A DNA stretch of 64,000 nt from assembly GCF_009914755.1 (NCBI RefSeq), contig NC_060942.1; one strand, 5' to 3'. Positions 15,937 through 27,710 of this stretch are shown piece after piece. Both the position numbers and the translations under genes were made by a program. The number at the start of each line of letters is the position of its first letter. Within the stretch, counting starts at the first letter, position 1. The notes under the pieces are model-generated. The model saw only the letters and a list, made by a program, of their open reading frames with translations. It ran no database searches and had not been told where the DNA came from. The stretch comes from the human T2T-CHM13v2.0 reference genome, Homo sapiens.

Positions 15937-16167
15937 TCCACACTGTTCTCCATAGTGGTTGTAATATAATAATTGTACATTTAAAAATAACTTTAAAAAT
16001 GTAATTGGATTGTTTGTAACTCAAGGGATAAATGTTTGAGACCATGGATATTCCATTCTCCATGATGTGCTGATCTCACATTGCATGCCTGTATCAAAAC
16101 ATCTCATGTACCCTATAAATATATACAGCTACTATGTACCCAAAAAGTGTTTTAAAAATTTAAAAAA
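15937..16167 (+). mobile_element. Short L1MA insertion with 5' inversion
   Basis: Antisense piece TCCACACTGTTCTCCATAGTGGTTGTA, then sense 3' end; TSD AATTCCACA at 15934-15942 and 16168-16176. Confidence 0.75.
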
Positions 16168-16428
16168 AATTCCACATAACCCTGCTTGAAGGACCCTTTA
16201 GAAGCTGGAGGTAGCATATGCAGGACAAATAATGTAGTGACTCCAGGTCCCTCATACAGAAAAAATATGCATTTATTTATTTAATTTACTTCGTATCTTT
16301 AATTACTTCATATTTTAGGCATCCACATTCTATTTTATATAAAGAAAAGCACCTCAGTGATAATATAATTCCTGAAATACTACTTAACTTTCTGATTTCT
16401 AAGAACATTTTCAGTTCTAATGATTTTC

Positions 16429-16777
16429 TATCCACCTATCTACCTACCTATCTTATATAATGGGTCCTATGATATACGTATATATGTATACATATGTATA
16501 TATATGTACATATGTATATCATAGGAGGGTTAGGGTTGGATATGTACATATCCATGTACATATGTATATTATAGGACACATTATATATGCTAGGTAGGTA
16601 AATAGGTGGATATATATAATGTGTAGTAATGTATTACATTCCAGTGCTTCCAGCACATTATAGCCACATATCTACCTACCTATCATATGTAGATATCACC
16701 CTAAGATATATAGGACCCATTTTATATGATAGATAGGTAATAGGTGGATCTAATGTGCTGGAAGCACTGGAGTGTAA
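16429..16777. repeat. Nested inverted-repeat block (two imperfect hairpins)
   Basis: Arms 16429-16483/16556-16612 and 16634-16690/16720-16777 are mutual reverse complements. Confidence 0.9.
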
Positions 16778-16910
16778 CAAAAGTGTTTTATTTTGGAGGA
16801 TCAAGAAAGCTTTAATGGAGGATGTGTGATTGAGCTGGACCATGATAGACATATAAGATTTCAACAAGCGAAGGTGGCAAAAGTCATTTCCAGGTGAGGG
16901 AACAATGTAC
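16750..16910 (-). mobile_element. L2 fragment
   Basis: GGAGGATGTGTGATTGAGCTGGACC...CATTTCCAGGTGAGGGAACA. Confidence 0.6.
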
Positions 16911-16973
16911 TAGAAATAACAATAGGCAAGAACATCAAAAGTCACTTCATTTATTAAAAATTGGGGTTAAAAA

Positions 16974-17298
<325 letters not shown>

Positions 17299-17957
17299 TT
17301 AAGATAATTTAATGGTGTATAATGTTAGAAAACTAGTGTAAACCTAGGTAGAATGGGTTAAACGTCTTGCTTAGGAATTTTAATTTTATTATGTGGAAAA
17401 TTCCCATTTAATTGAAATATTTAACTAGGAAATGCATAATCAAATGGTGCTTCTGAACAGTGATTCTGCAAAGCAGCATTCTCAATAGGCATAAATAAAA
17501 AAGATAGAAGTGTCAGATGAAATCACAGATTTAGATGAAATTGCCAAATGACAGCAGAGCCCGGAACAGTGGCCAGTCCGGGACAGAGGAAGACAACAGG
17601 TCAAAGCGAGAGATGAGGGCCGTCAGCAAGGCTGGGACAGTAGCAACAAAAGTCAGTTCACTTTCACTACAGAGAGGATACTAGAGATTGGGAAAGGCCC
17701 TAAGTATGCCTGACAAGCTTTTATTTTCTCAGTGGTACCTCTCAGAGGCTCATGACATAAATACTGAAGTTCACGAGGTAAGATTAAATACACATGCCCG
17801 AAAGAATACAAATACTAAGAAGACCCCTCCGAATGTATTTTTAATCAATTCCCCACTTCTCACCAGAACACCAAAGGAACCGTTCTGATTTTCATTCTTC
17901 CCTGAAAATACAGTCATGTTGCCATCAGTCCTGCTAAGTTAAAAGGCACCGTGGACT

Positions 17958-18031
17958 TTGTGACTTGTTGCAAGGTCTTCTAGATGTCACCAATAGTGTT
18001 ACATATGGACCACTTAATCCAGAGCCTGGGA
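17958..18031 (+). repeat. 74-bp direct repeat, copy 1
   Basis: Identical to 18889-18962. Confidence 0.97.
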
Positions 18032-18340
18032 CCACTGGGAACCCAGGACACTAGCAGTCCAGGATCTCCAAAAAATGATTCTTATTGACCTCTTGTTTAC
18101 ATTTTTGGTTCTCCTTGTATTTGAATTTGTGTAACTCTAATGTGACATATGAATATGAGTGTGTGTGTGATTGTGTGTGTGTGATCGTGGAGAGAATACA
18201 AATTTAGCTCAAGTCATTTTCTGAATGTTTCAAGAAATTGACATTTTAGGAGTCTGATGTAAAGAAAAATGAGTCCTTTCACTTCCAGGTTAGTAGTGTG
18301 AATTCAGCTCAGCTCAGTATTAACTCTTAACTATGAAATA

Positions 18341-18655
18341 TGTGATGTTCCCCTTCCTGTTCAATTCCCACCTATGAGTGAGAACATGCGGTGTTTGGTT
18401 TTTTGTCCTTGCGATAGTTTGCTAAGAATGATGGTATCACACACCGGGGCCTGTTGTGGGGTGGGGGGGAGGGGGGAGGGATAGCATTAGGAGAGATACC
18501 TAATGTAAATGACAAGTTAATGGGCAAAGCACACCAACATGGCACATGCATACATATGTAACAAACCTGCACGTTGTGCACACGTACCGTAGAACTTAAA
18601 GTATAATAAATATATATATATATAAAACAAAATAAAATAGATGAATAAATAAAAA
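18341..18655 (+). mobile_element. L1PA 3' insertion with 5' inversion (twin priming)
   Basis: Antisense L1 at 18341-18435, sense from 18436 to the tail; TSD GAAATATGTG(A/C)TGTT at 18335-18349 and 18656-18670. Confidence 0.93.
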
Positions 18656-18888
18656 GAAATATGTGCTGTTTGGGTTGGCTCCATTATAAAAATAAGATGT
18701 CTACCCATTCAGACCTGAAAGCCATCCATATTCTCCAAATCAGCAGCACACAATTTCTGACAAGTGAAGATAAACACAATAGGATGCAGTAAGATGGCTT
18801 AATATAGTACTTTACTCAAGCAGTTTGTAAATATACTCTGAATCATTCCAAGACAATTTTTATTCAAAATAGAAATTAAATAAGTAGG

Positions 18889-18962
18889 TTGTGACTTGTT
18901 GCAAGGTCTTCTAGATGTCACCAATAGTGTTACATATGGACCACTTAATCCAGAGCCTGGGA
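18889..18962 (+). repeat. 74-bp direct repeat, copy 2
   Basis: Identical to 17958-18031. Confidence 0.97.
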
Positions 18963-19614
18963 TTAAGTTGGCTACACATTAATAGTGGGGTGAATTAATC
19001 TATGCCTTACTGAGCCTCGAATTCGAGAGCAAGACCTTCTTTAGGCTGTAAGTAGGACGTGTTCTTTGGAGATGGGGAACATACCCTAAAAGTCCATTGC
19101 CAATTTTTTTACTTTACTTTCCTGTAATGACATTTTCTGCTGTGGTGCTGGTTCAGTGTAGATGCTGGATAACATTTTTATAATGAATGAATGTGTGAAT
19201 GGATAGTCTGTGAGCTAAAAATAGAAGTAGAAACTCTAATATAATCAGTTTATTTTATACAGCTTGAAAATACATCAAAAATAACTGGAATGAAAAAGAG
19301 CACCATCATCTTGAACACAGCTTGGAAGAGAAAGCACAGATGGAGGAAGACAGCGTCACGCCCATCACCTGGCTCTTTCCTCAGAGATGGCTGCCCCTCT
19401 TTTATACTTTCTGTACTGAACCTAGAAACAATACCTTTTGCCAACTCAGATGTGACATTGTTCTTCCAGCTTCATTTTACTTCCCAACCCTTTACTTAAA
19501 TGTCTGATTCCTCCTGAGTCAAAATGAGTGTTTTCATGGGCAGAAAAGGAGTGTAAATGGGTGCTTGATAAATGTTTATTGAAATAAATGGAATAGGTCT
19601 GTGCTAATTTTTAC

Positions 19615-21050
19615 TTATTTATTCCAAAAATACTTAAGACTCAAGGATGTATTAAACATTGCTTTTGGTGTTAGAGATACAGCAATGAAGAAAACAGACA
19701 AGAATTCCAGCCTTGACGGGTGGTTAGACACATAATAAGCAATATAATTAAGTAACATCTTAGACAAAGCCTGGAAAAGTTTGTATTGAAATGGGCCTTG
19801 GAGAGAAATCATTGCAATTTTAGATTAGGAAATCAGGAAGACCCTTACTGATAATGTGACATTTAAATGGAGACTAGAAAGAGATGAGGAAGTCAGCAAT
19901 GGAATATCTAGAAGAAAATCCCAGGTAAGGTTAATGGCAAGTATCAAGGCCTTTAGGTGGAAACACCCCAGGATGTGGAAGAACCTAAAAGACAACTCCA
20001 AGGTTTTGGAACTAAGTCAAATGGAATTTCCATTTACTGAGATGAGAGAGCTGATTCAGGGTAGACTACATCAGATATTCAACTTAGAAAATATTTGGTT
20101 TTTAAATGGTGAGCAGATGTTCAAACACAGATATCAAACACAGAGTTGGATATACATGTGTGATGGTTAATGTAGAGTGTCAACTTGATTGGATTGAAGG
20201 ATGCAAAGTGTTGATCCTGGGTGTCTGTGAAGGTGTTGCCAAAGGAGATTAACCTTTGAGTCAGTGGACACGGAAAGGCAGACCCACCCTCAATCTGGGT
20301 GGACACAGTCTAATCAGCTGCCAGCATGGTCAGAATAAAAGCAGCAGGCAGAAGAAGATGGAGAGAGTAGACTGGCTTAGCCTCTAAGCCTACATCTTTC
20401 TCCCATGCTGAATGCTTCCTGCCCTCAAATATCAGACTCCAAGTTCTTTAACTTTGGGACTCAGACTGGCTTTCTTGCTCCTCAGCTTGCAGATGGCCTA
20501 TTGTTGGACCTCACCTTGTGATCATGTGAGTTAATACTCCTTAATAAACTCTCCTTTATATATACATCTATCCTATTAATTATCTCCCTCTAGAGAACCC
20601 TGAGTAATACAACATGTTCATATGAAGTCAGGGAAAGGATCCAGCCTGGAGATATACATTTAATACTTGTTAGCAAATTCAATATATTTTAATCCAGGAG
20701 TCTGGATAAGTGCCTCAATGGAGTGGCTGTCATCAAAGAGAAGAGGCCCAGTACTTCAGCCCTAGAAGGCATCATTAAGGCCAGAGAGAAGCAGTAACTG
20801 GGGAAGGGAAGAACATGCTTGGAAAGAAAACAAAGGCCATGTAAAGTCCTGGGAGTCAAGAAAATATTTTGAGAAGAAGAAGTAATCAGCACAGAAATGC
20901 TGATGGGTCAGATAATTGAAATAGGCCAGAAAACTGAGAATTGATGATAACATAGTGGTCATTGGTCTGTTTGATAAGAAGAATTGTGGTAAAATGGAGG
21001 AAGCAAAAGACACATTGGAGGGAAACTGGAGGAATTTCAAGTTTTCCTCC
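19615..21050 (-). mobile_element. L2 (split by an MLT2A LTR)
   Basis: L2 3' end TTATTTATTCCAAAAATACTT, GTGACATTTAAATGGAGAC, GGAATTTCCATTTACTGAGATG. Confidence 0.7.
20159..20611 (+). mobile_element. MLT2A (ERVL) solo LTR
   Basis: TGTGATGGTTAAT...CCCTGAGTAATACA termini; perfect 5-bp TSD ACATG at 20154-20158 and 20612-20616. Confidence 0.92.
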
Positions 21051-21210
21051 AAAGGGACACAAATGTTATGATACCCAGGGAAGAAAAATGAAATAGGGGG
21101 TGGATGGGATTTATTTTAATGTTTGAGTAATTTTCAATGGGGGAAATACAAGGAGGTTTATGTGACAATGAGCTGGGAGAAGAAAATGTTGAGTTAGCTT
21201 AGAGGAGTGA

Positions 21211-21321
21211 TCAAGGGACTCAAAGTGAAGTCCGTGGGACCATGCAGAAATGCAGAATCTCAGAATCCAAGAAGACAATCCCCAGGTGATTTGTATTCAC
21301 ATTAAAGTTTCAGAAGCACTG
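21211..21321. mobile_element. MER5-like hAT MITE, internally deleted
   Basis: AGAAATGCAGAATCTCAG and CCCAGGTGATTTGTATTCACATTAAAGTTTCAGAAGCACTG. Confidence 0.7.
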
Positions 21322-21473
21322 ATCTATTGCAGTGGAGGGATTGGTCTTAGCCAGATGGGCCCAATATCATCATAAGGATCCTTAAAAGTGAAAGAGAACA
21401 TTGGAAGAGAACCAGAGAGAAAGCACCATGAGGAGAATTAAGCCCAATAGTGCTGGCTGAAATTAAGATGCTA

Positions 21474-21758
<285 letters not shown>

Positions 21759-22170
21759 GATGCCAGCGGGGCTGTGCTCTCCCAGGAGGCTCTATTGCAC
21801 AGGTAGAAGAATTTGCCTCAGCCAGAATAGCCTGCAGTTCAACTGTAATAATCAGAAAGAAGATATAGCCATAGGTGATAATGAGGTTGAGAGATGTCAT
21901 GGTGAAAGTTTGTGGGGTTCCTGTCTGATTGCTTCTCCTTTCTCATTTCAGTAGGAAAAAAAGCCTCATCTGAGACTGACTATGGGAGAAAAAGGTATCA
22001 AAACATAGATACATTGATAGTAGATATGAAACAGTCTCCCAGGTGGGTAGAAGAGGAAGTAGTCAAGGGAAATACAGTATTAAGGTCCCAGTCGAGGTTA
22101 GTGGATGAGTTTAACGTTAATTCCTTTGGCATGGCTTTGTGCTCTCCCACATCAATGGTTAGGTACCAAG

Positions 22171-22658
22171 TGTATTAGTTTCCCGTTGCTGCTGTAACAA
22201 ATTACTACAAATCTAGTGATTTAAAATGATACAAATTTATTGTTTTATACTTCTGGAGTTCAGAATTCCAAAGTGGGCCTCAGTGGGCTGAAATTAAGAT
22301 GCCATCAGAGCTGTGTTCTCCCTGGAGGCTCCAGGCAAGAATCCATGGGTTCATCCTTTCCACCTTCTGGACATATTCTTTAGTCCATGCTCCCCTTCAT
22401 CCATCTGCAAAGCCAGCACCATTGGCCTTGATTCTCTTCATGCTGCTTTCTATCTGGTTCTTTTCCAATTTTCTCTTTCACTTTGAAGGACTCTTATGAC
22501 ATTGGGCCCACCTGTATGTTCTCCCTAGCATAAGGTTTGCTGATTGACAATATTAATGCCATCTGCAACCTTAATTCTGCTTTGCCATGTAAACAACCAT
22601 ATTTTCAGGTTCCAGGGATTTGGATGTGTACACTTTCGGGGGCCATTATTCTACCATC
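22171..22658 (-). mobile_element. MLT1 (D/E-like) LTR
   Basis: TGTATTAGTTTCC...GCTGCTGTAACAAATTAC start, GGGGCCATTATTCT end. Confidence 0.8.
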
Positions 22659-23580
22659 GTGCCTAACACACCATGGTGCAGTGAAGAAGTAGGATGTAAT
22701 CAAGCCATGGTTTTGCCAAAGGAGCACACGCTGTGAAGTGAGAGCAGGAAGGGGTTTCGAAGGTATATCCAGATGAGTTATTATAATGATAAGTTATGAA
22801 ATTTTAGCTCAACAAGAAAGATAATTGTTAGATGACAGGCTTGAGAACCTTTAGAAAGAAAGGTTCATAGATTGATATGATTAATGGAATCAGAGTTACA
22901 GGGCAAGATAGGAGATGTTGATCAGAAAGTGAAATGTTTGAAATCGAGATGAAGGAAAGGTTGCAGATACATGTGCCTCCAAGACTCAGGGTACAAGTAT
23001 GGGCAGATTCTCTGATGGAGAGAATGACAGATAGGTAGGAGAATAAGTTACCTGGATTTTGAAGTAATCAAAAATTGTGACACACATCATGTAGGAATTC
23101 ACCAAAGGGATGAATCCCAGCCAGACAAATAATCCTTTCTTTCCCCTGATTTTTAAACAATCCACATAGCTTTGGAACATAGTAGACTTAATAGATATTT
23201 GTAGAATGAATCTTATAACAATTAAATGTAAATGCAGTGATACCAAATACAAAATCTGGAGAGACCACCGAACCAGCATCATTTTCTAAGAATAAGTCAT
23301 GTTATATCCAGGATGGAAATCTGACTGGGGTGTGTGTGCGTGTGTGTGTCACTGGATGCTATTATTTTATTCTACATATGGTACTACCTTTGAAACCAGC
23401 TATAACACATGTTAGTTGTACATATATTCAAAATATTTCTGAGGTCAAGGATCTGATATGTCTAGCTCAGAAAGCTATAACTCCTATCTTAGATTAAATA
23501 AACAGCTATGGTTGTTCACAGTGATATACATACAATTAAAATATTAATATTAATCAAAGGAGAGTTTTCTGGTTATCAGT

Positions 23581-23947
23581 TGCTATGGACGGAATTGTGT
23601 CCCCCACAATCATAAGTGGAAGTCCTAACTCCCAATGTGATGGTATTTGGAGACAGGCTTTTGAGAGGTAGTTAGGTATAGATGAGGCCATGGGGTGGTG
23701 CTCTCCTGATTAGATTAGTGCCTTTCTAAGGAGAGACACAGAAGAGCTTGCTCCTTTCTCTCTGTCCTGCCATGTGAGCATGAAATCTGTAACCCAGGAA
23801 GAGGGGACTCACCACAGAAGTGAACCAACCAGCTGGCAGCTTGACCTTGGACTTCTGAACCTCTAGAAGAGTAAGAAATAAATTCCTTTTCTTTAGCCAC
23901 CCAGTCTGTGGTAAGTTGTTACAGCAGCCTAAGCTGACTAGGATACA
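23581..23947 (+). mobile_element. MLT1A-like LTR
   Basis: TGCTATGGAC...GCTGACTAGGATACA; AATAAA followed by the AGCCACCCAGTCTGTGGT motif. Confidence 0.85.
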
Positions 23948-23976
23948 GCTCAAAGGGAAACTTGCGAGATATATAT

Positions 23977-24150
23977 ATATCTGTATAATCTATGTCTTGC
24001 TTAATGCCTACTGAGCAATGACTGTAAGTTAACATTGTTCTAAGTTCTTTAAATACCTCATCCATTTAAGTAATCAAAAATAAAACTTTGAACGTTCTGT
24101 TATAAATTTATAGCATTAAATATTAGACACTATATTGAATACAAGGTAAT
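23977..24150 (+). repeat. Inverted repeat, left arm
   Basis: Reverse complement of 24763-24935, about 8 differences over ~168 bp. Confidence 0.95.
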
Positions 24151-24169
24151 GGTTGTATATATATAAAAT

Positions 24170-24627
24170 ATATTATGCTTTTTAAGTTCTGGGATACATG
24201 TGCATAACATGCAGGCTTGTTACATAGGTATACATGTGCCATGGTTGTTAGCTGCACCCATCAACCCATCATCTAGGTTCTAAGCCCTGCATGCATTAGG
24301 TATTTGTCCTAATGCTCTCCCTCTCCTTGCCCCCAACTCCCCAACAGGCCTTAGTGTGTGATGTTCCTCTCCCTGTGTCCATGTGTTCTTACTGTTCAAC
24401 TCCCACTTATGAGTGAGAACATGCAGTGTATGGTTTTCTGTTCCTGTGTTAGCTTGCCGAGAATGATGGTTTCCAGCTTCATCCATGTCCCTGCAAAGGA
24501 CATGAACTCATTCTTTTTTATGGCTGCATAGTATTCCATTGTGTATCTATGCCACATTTTCTTTATCCAGTCTATCATTGATGGCCATTTGGGTTGGTTC
24601 CAAGTCTTTGCTATTGTGAATAGTGCT
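24170..24627 (-). mobile_element. 5'-truncated L1PA (about PA7-8)
   Basis: Reverse 3'UTR and ORF2 C-terminus ALFTIAKTWNQPKWPSMIDWIKKMW. Confidence 0.93.
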
Positions 24628-24762
24628 AACTTGTGATATAGTTTAAACCATGGATGCATGTAATCTCTTTACCTTATTTGAAATCATGTTTACTCAGCTT
24701 TTTATATTGCATAAAATGAACAAATGTTCTATAGCAGATGATCAACAAAATCGTTTTTTGCT

Positions 24763-24935
24763 ATAACTTTGTATTCAATATAGTGTCTAATATTTAATGC
24801 CATAAATTTACAACAGAACGTTCAAAGATTTATTTTGATTACTTAAATGATTGAGGTATTGAAAGAACTTAGAACAATGTTAACTTACAGTCATTGCTCA
24901 GTGGGCATTAAGCAAGACATAGATTATACAGATAT
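24763..24935 (-). repeat. Inverted repeat, right arm
   Basis: Reverse complement of 23977-24150. Confidence 0.95.
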
Positions 24936-25634
24936 GCTTCTAAATACATGCAGATTTTCAAGTAAGTGTCTGTTGCTGATTTTTAAAATGAGTAAGTAGT
25001 TGAATCTGCAAGCTATTTTTTGATTATTTTAATTTCATCCAGTTAAGAAACACCTGAGAAATAGAAAGCAATGGTGAATTTCAGAAGTATGTTTACAAGA
25101 CAATAAAAGAAACAATTCATATCTTCACATCTGAAGTAAAAAAAATGAACAAAAGTCAGAAACATGGAGGATAGCTGAATTATTGATATTAAAATGACAG
25201 CTTGAGAAAACTGTCATTTAAATGGCTGGGGCCCTCTGTCAGGTTTAAGAAACCTCCAACGAATATGAAGAGCTGTGCAAAATGTTCTCACTATAGTAAG
25301 ATTATTGCAGCCAGATACCATAATAAGGCAGTTGCAAAGAGCTGACCAAAAGGATTACATTTTTGCTTGCAGTGAGGCACTGAGGTCAAGAAAGACATTT
25401 GAAAGGACTTGTAAATTGCAGATTAGGCTAAAACCTCTTATCAGGTTTTCTCTGATGAATCCTTTGCTATCAGCTTTTAAGTACTACCGTGTTTAGAGTC
25501 TCTGTTAAAAAAATATATAATGTAGCTACTGATTGCCATAGAAAATGTTGAGAAAAATGCATAGCAATCATTGACTCTAGCTTTACCATTGTGAGAAATG
25601 GACTTTCAATATAAAGTGATGTGATCCCTATATA

Positions 25635-26520
25635 CAGTTGACTCTTGAACAACTTGAGAGTTAAGGGCACCATCCCCCACCTCCCACCTACGCAGCAGAA
25701 AATTTGCATGTAACTTTTGACTCTCAGAAACGTAACTACTAATAGCCTACTCTTGACCAGAAGCCTTAATGATAATATGAACAGTCAATAAATGCATATT
25801 TTGTATGTTATATGCATTACCTACTGGATTCTTCCAATAAAGTAATAATTATTCCCAAGAAAATATTGTTTAAAAATATAATGAAGAGAAAAGATATTTA
25901 CTATTCATTAAGTGGAAGTGGGTCATCATAAAGGTCTCCATCCTCATCATCTTCACGCTGAGTGGGCTGATGAGGAGGAAGTAGAGGAGTCGATTTTGCT
26001 GTCTAAAGGGCAGAGTATTAGTTCATTCTTGCATTGTTATAAAGAACTACCTAAGACTGGGTAATTATAAAGAAAAGAGGGTTAATTGGATCACAGTTCT
26101 GCAGGCTGTACAGGAAGCATGACTGGGGAGGCCTCAGGAAACTTGCAATTGTGGTGGAAGGTGAAGAGGAAGAAGGCATGTCTTACATGGTCAGAGAAGG
26201 AGGAAGAGTGAGAAAGGGGAGGTGTTACACGCTTTTAAACAACCGTGTCTCCTGAGAACTCCCTCACTATCATAAGAACAGCAAGGGGGAAATCCACCCT
26301 CATGATCCAGTGACTTCCCAATAGGCCTGTCATCCAACATTGGGAATTACAATTCAACATGAGATTTGGGTGGGGACACAAATCCAAACCATATCAGGTG
26401 GCAAAGGCAGAAGAGGTTGTAGGCGTGGGGTGGAAAGGGAGACAGGAGAGATTTATTGAAAAAAATGTATGTATCAATGGACCAGTGCAGGTCAAACTTG
26501 TGTTGTTCAAGCATCAAATG
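25635..26520. mobile_element. Tigger2-derived element (MER28/Tigger2a-like), split by MSTA
   Basis: TA-CAGTTGACTCTTGAACAAC...GTTGTTCAAGCATCAAATG-TA terminal inverted repeats with TA TSD. Confidence 0.85.
26014..26396 (-). mobile_element. MSTA solo LTR
   Basis: GTATTAGTTCATTC...CAAACCATATCA; MST-type GCAGGCTGTACAGGAAGCATG. Confidence 0.9.
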
Positions 26521-26820
26521 TAAAGAAAGACTTACTCAAGTCATGGGCTAGTATGGGTTAAGGAATTACTTAAGACCAGACTTCCTCCAATCATAACACC
26601 CTCTTTTATATGACGGTTGAGTAAGAGCCATGCTGCCTTCAAAAGTGAATATGTAGTAAGTGGAAGATGAAGATGAGAAAACTACAAGGGAAAAGGATGA
26701 AGGGGGAGGGTTGTGATGAGGAGGGGAGACTACTTTACTGAGCAGAGGAGTGCTCCTTCTTCAAGACCTCTTCTATCATTACATTTACTTACTTCTATCT
26801 AACACATCTGTAGAATTCTT

Positions 26821-27118
26821 TTTGTCATTGTCGTTGTTGTTTCTTAGGAAAGGGTCTCGATCTGTCATCCAGGCTGGAGTGCACATCATAGCTCACTGCA
26901 GCCTTGATCTTTTGAGCTCAAGCCATCCTCCTGCCTTGGCCTTCTAAGTAGCTAGGACTACAGGTGCGCCACCATGCCTGGCTAGTTTTTTGTATTTTTG
27001 GTAAAGGGTCTCCCTATGTTGCCCAGGCTGGTCTTGAACTCCTGGCTTCAAGCAATCTGCCTACGATCTTGGCCTCCCAAAGTGCTGGGATTATAGGCGT
27101 GAGCCACTGCACCTGGTC
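26821..27118 (-). mobile_element. AluJ
   Basis: Reverse Alu with ATCATAGCTCACTGCAGCCTTGA and CTATGTTGCCCAGGCTGG. Confidence 0.9.
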
Positions 27119-27224
27119 TTACATATAATTCTTGTTTTATTTTCATGAAGGAACCGAACTCGCACAATAACAGAGGCAGTAGGAAGATAGATGCTCACGG
27201 TATTTCTAAAATAGACATGGTAGC

Positions 27225-27710
27225 TTGCACATATTTACCCACAGAGCTGTGAAGAATTACCACAAATTTGCTGGCTTACGACAACACAAATCTATTACCT
27301 TACAGTTTTGAAGGTCAGAAATACAAAATAGATCTTACTGGGCTTAAAAACAAGGTATCAGCAAGGCTGCATTCATTTTTGGAGGCTCTAGGAGGAAGCG
27401 TTTTCTGGCTTTTTCCAGTTTCTAGAGCCTCACTGCCCTCTTAGCCTCACGGCAGTGACCAGTCGAGTCTTCTTCACATTGTGGCACTGTGACAAAGACA
27501 CACCAGCTACCCTCTCTCATCTTTAAGACTCTTAGTATTATATTAGCTGCACCGGCATAAACCAGGATAATCTCCTTATTTTAAGATCAACTGATATAGC
27601 AATCTCAGTTTCACCTGCTACCTGAATTCCCCTCACCATGTAAAGTAGCATAACCACAGTTCTGGAAAATCAGTACAGGGACACCTTTGGGGTCCATTAT
27701 CCTGCACACC
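27225..27710 (-). mobile_element. MLT1D-like LTR
   Basis: AATTACCACAAATTTG...GGAGGCTCTAGG...GGGGTCCATTATCCTG. Confidence 0.75.

Noticed and set aside
23579-23592. GTTGCTATGG second X-box
   Set aside because: Junction with the normal start of an MLT1A LTR; second half-site absent
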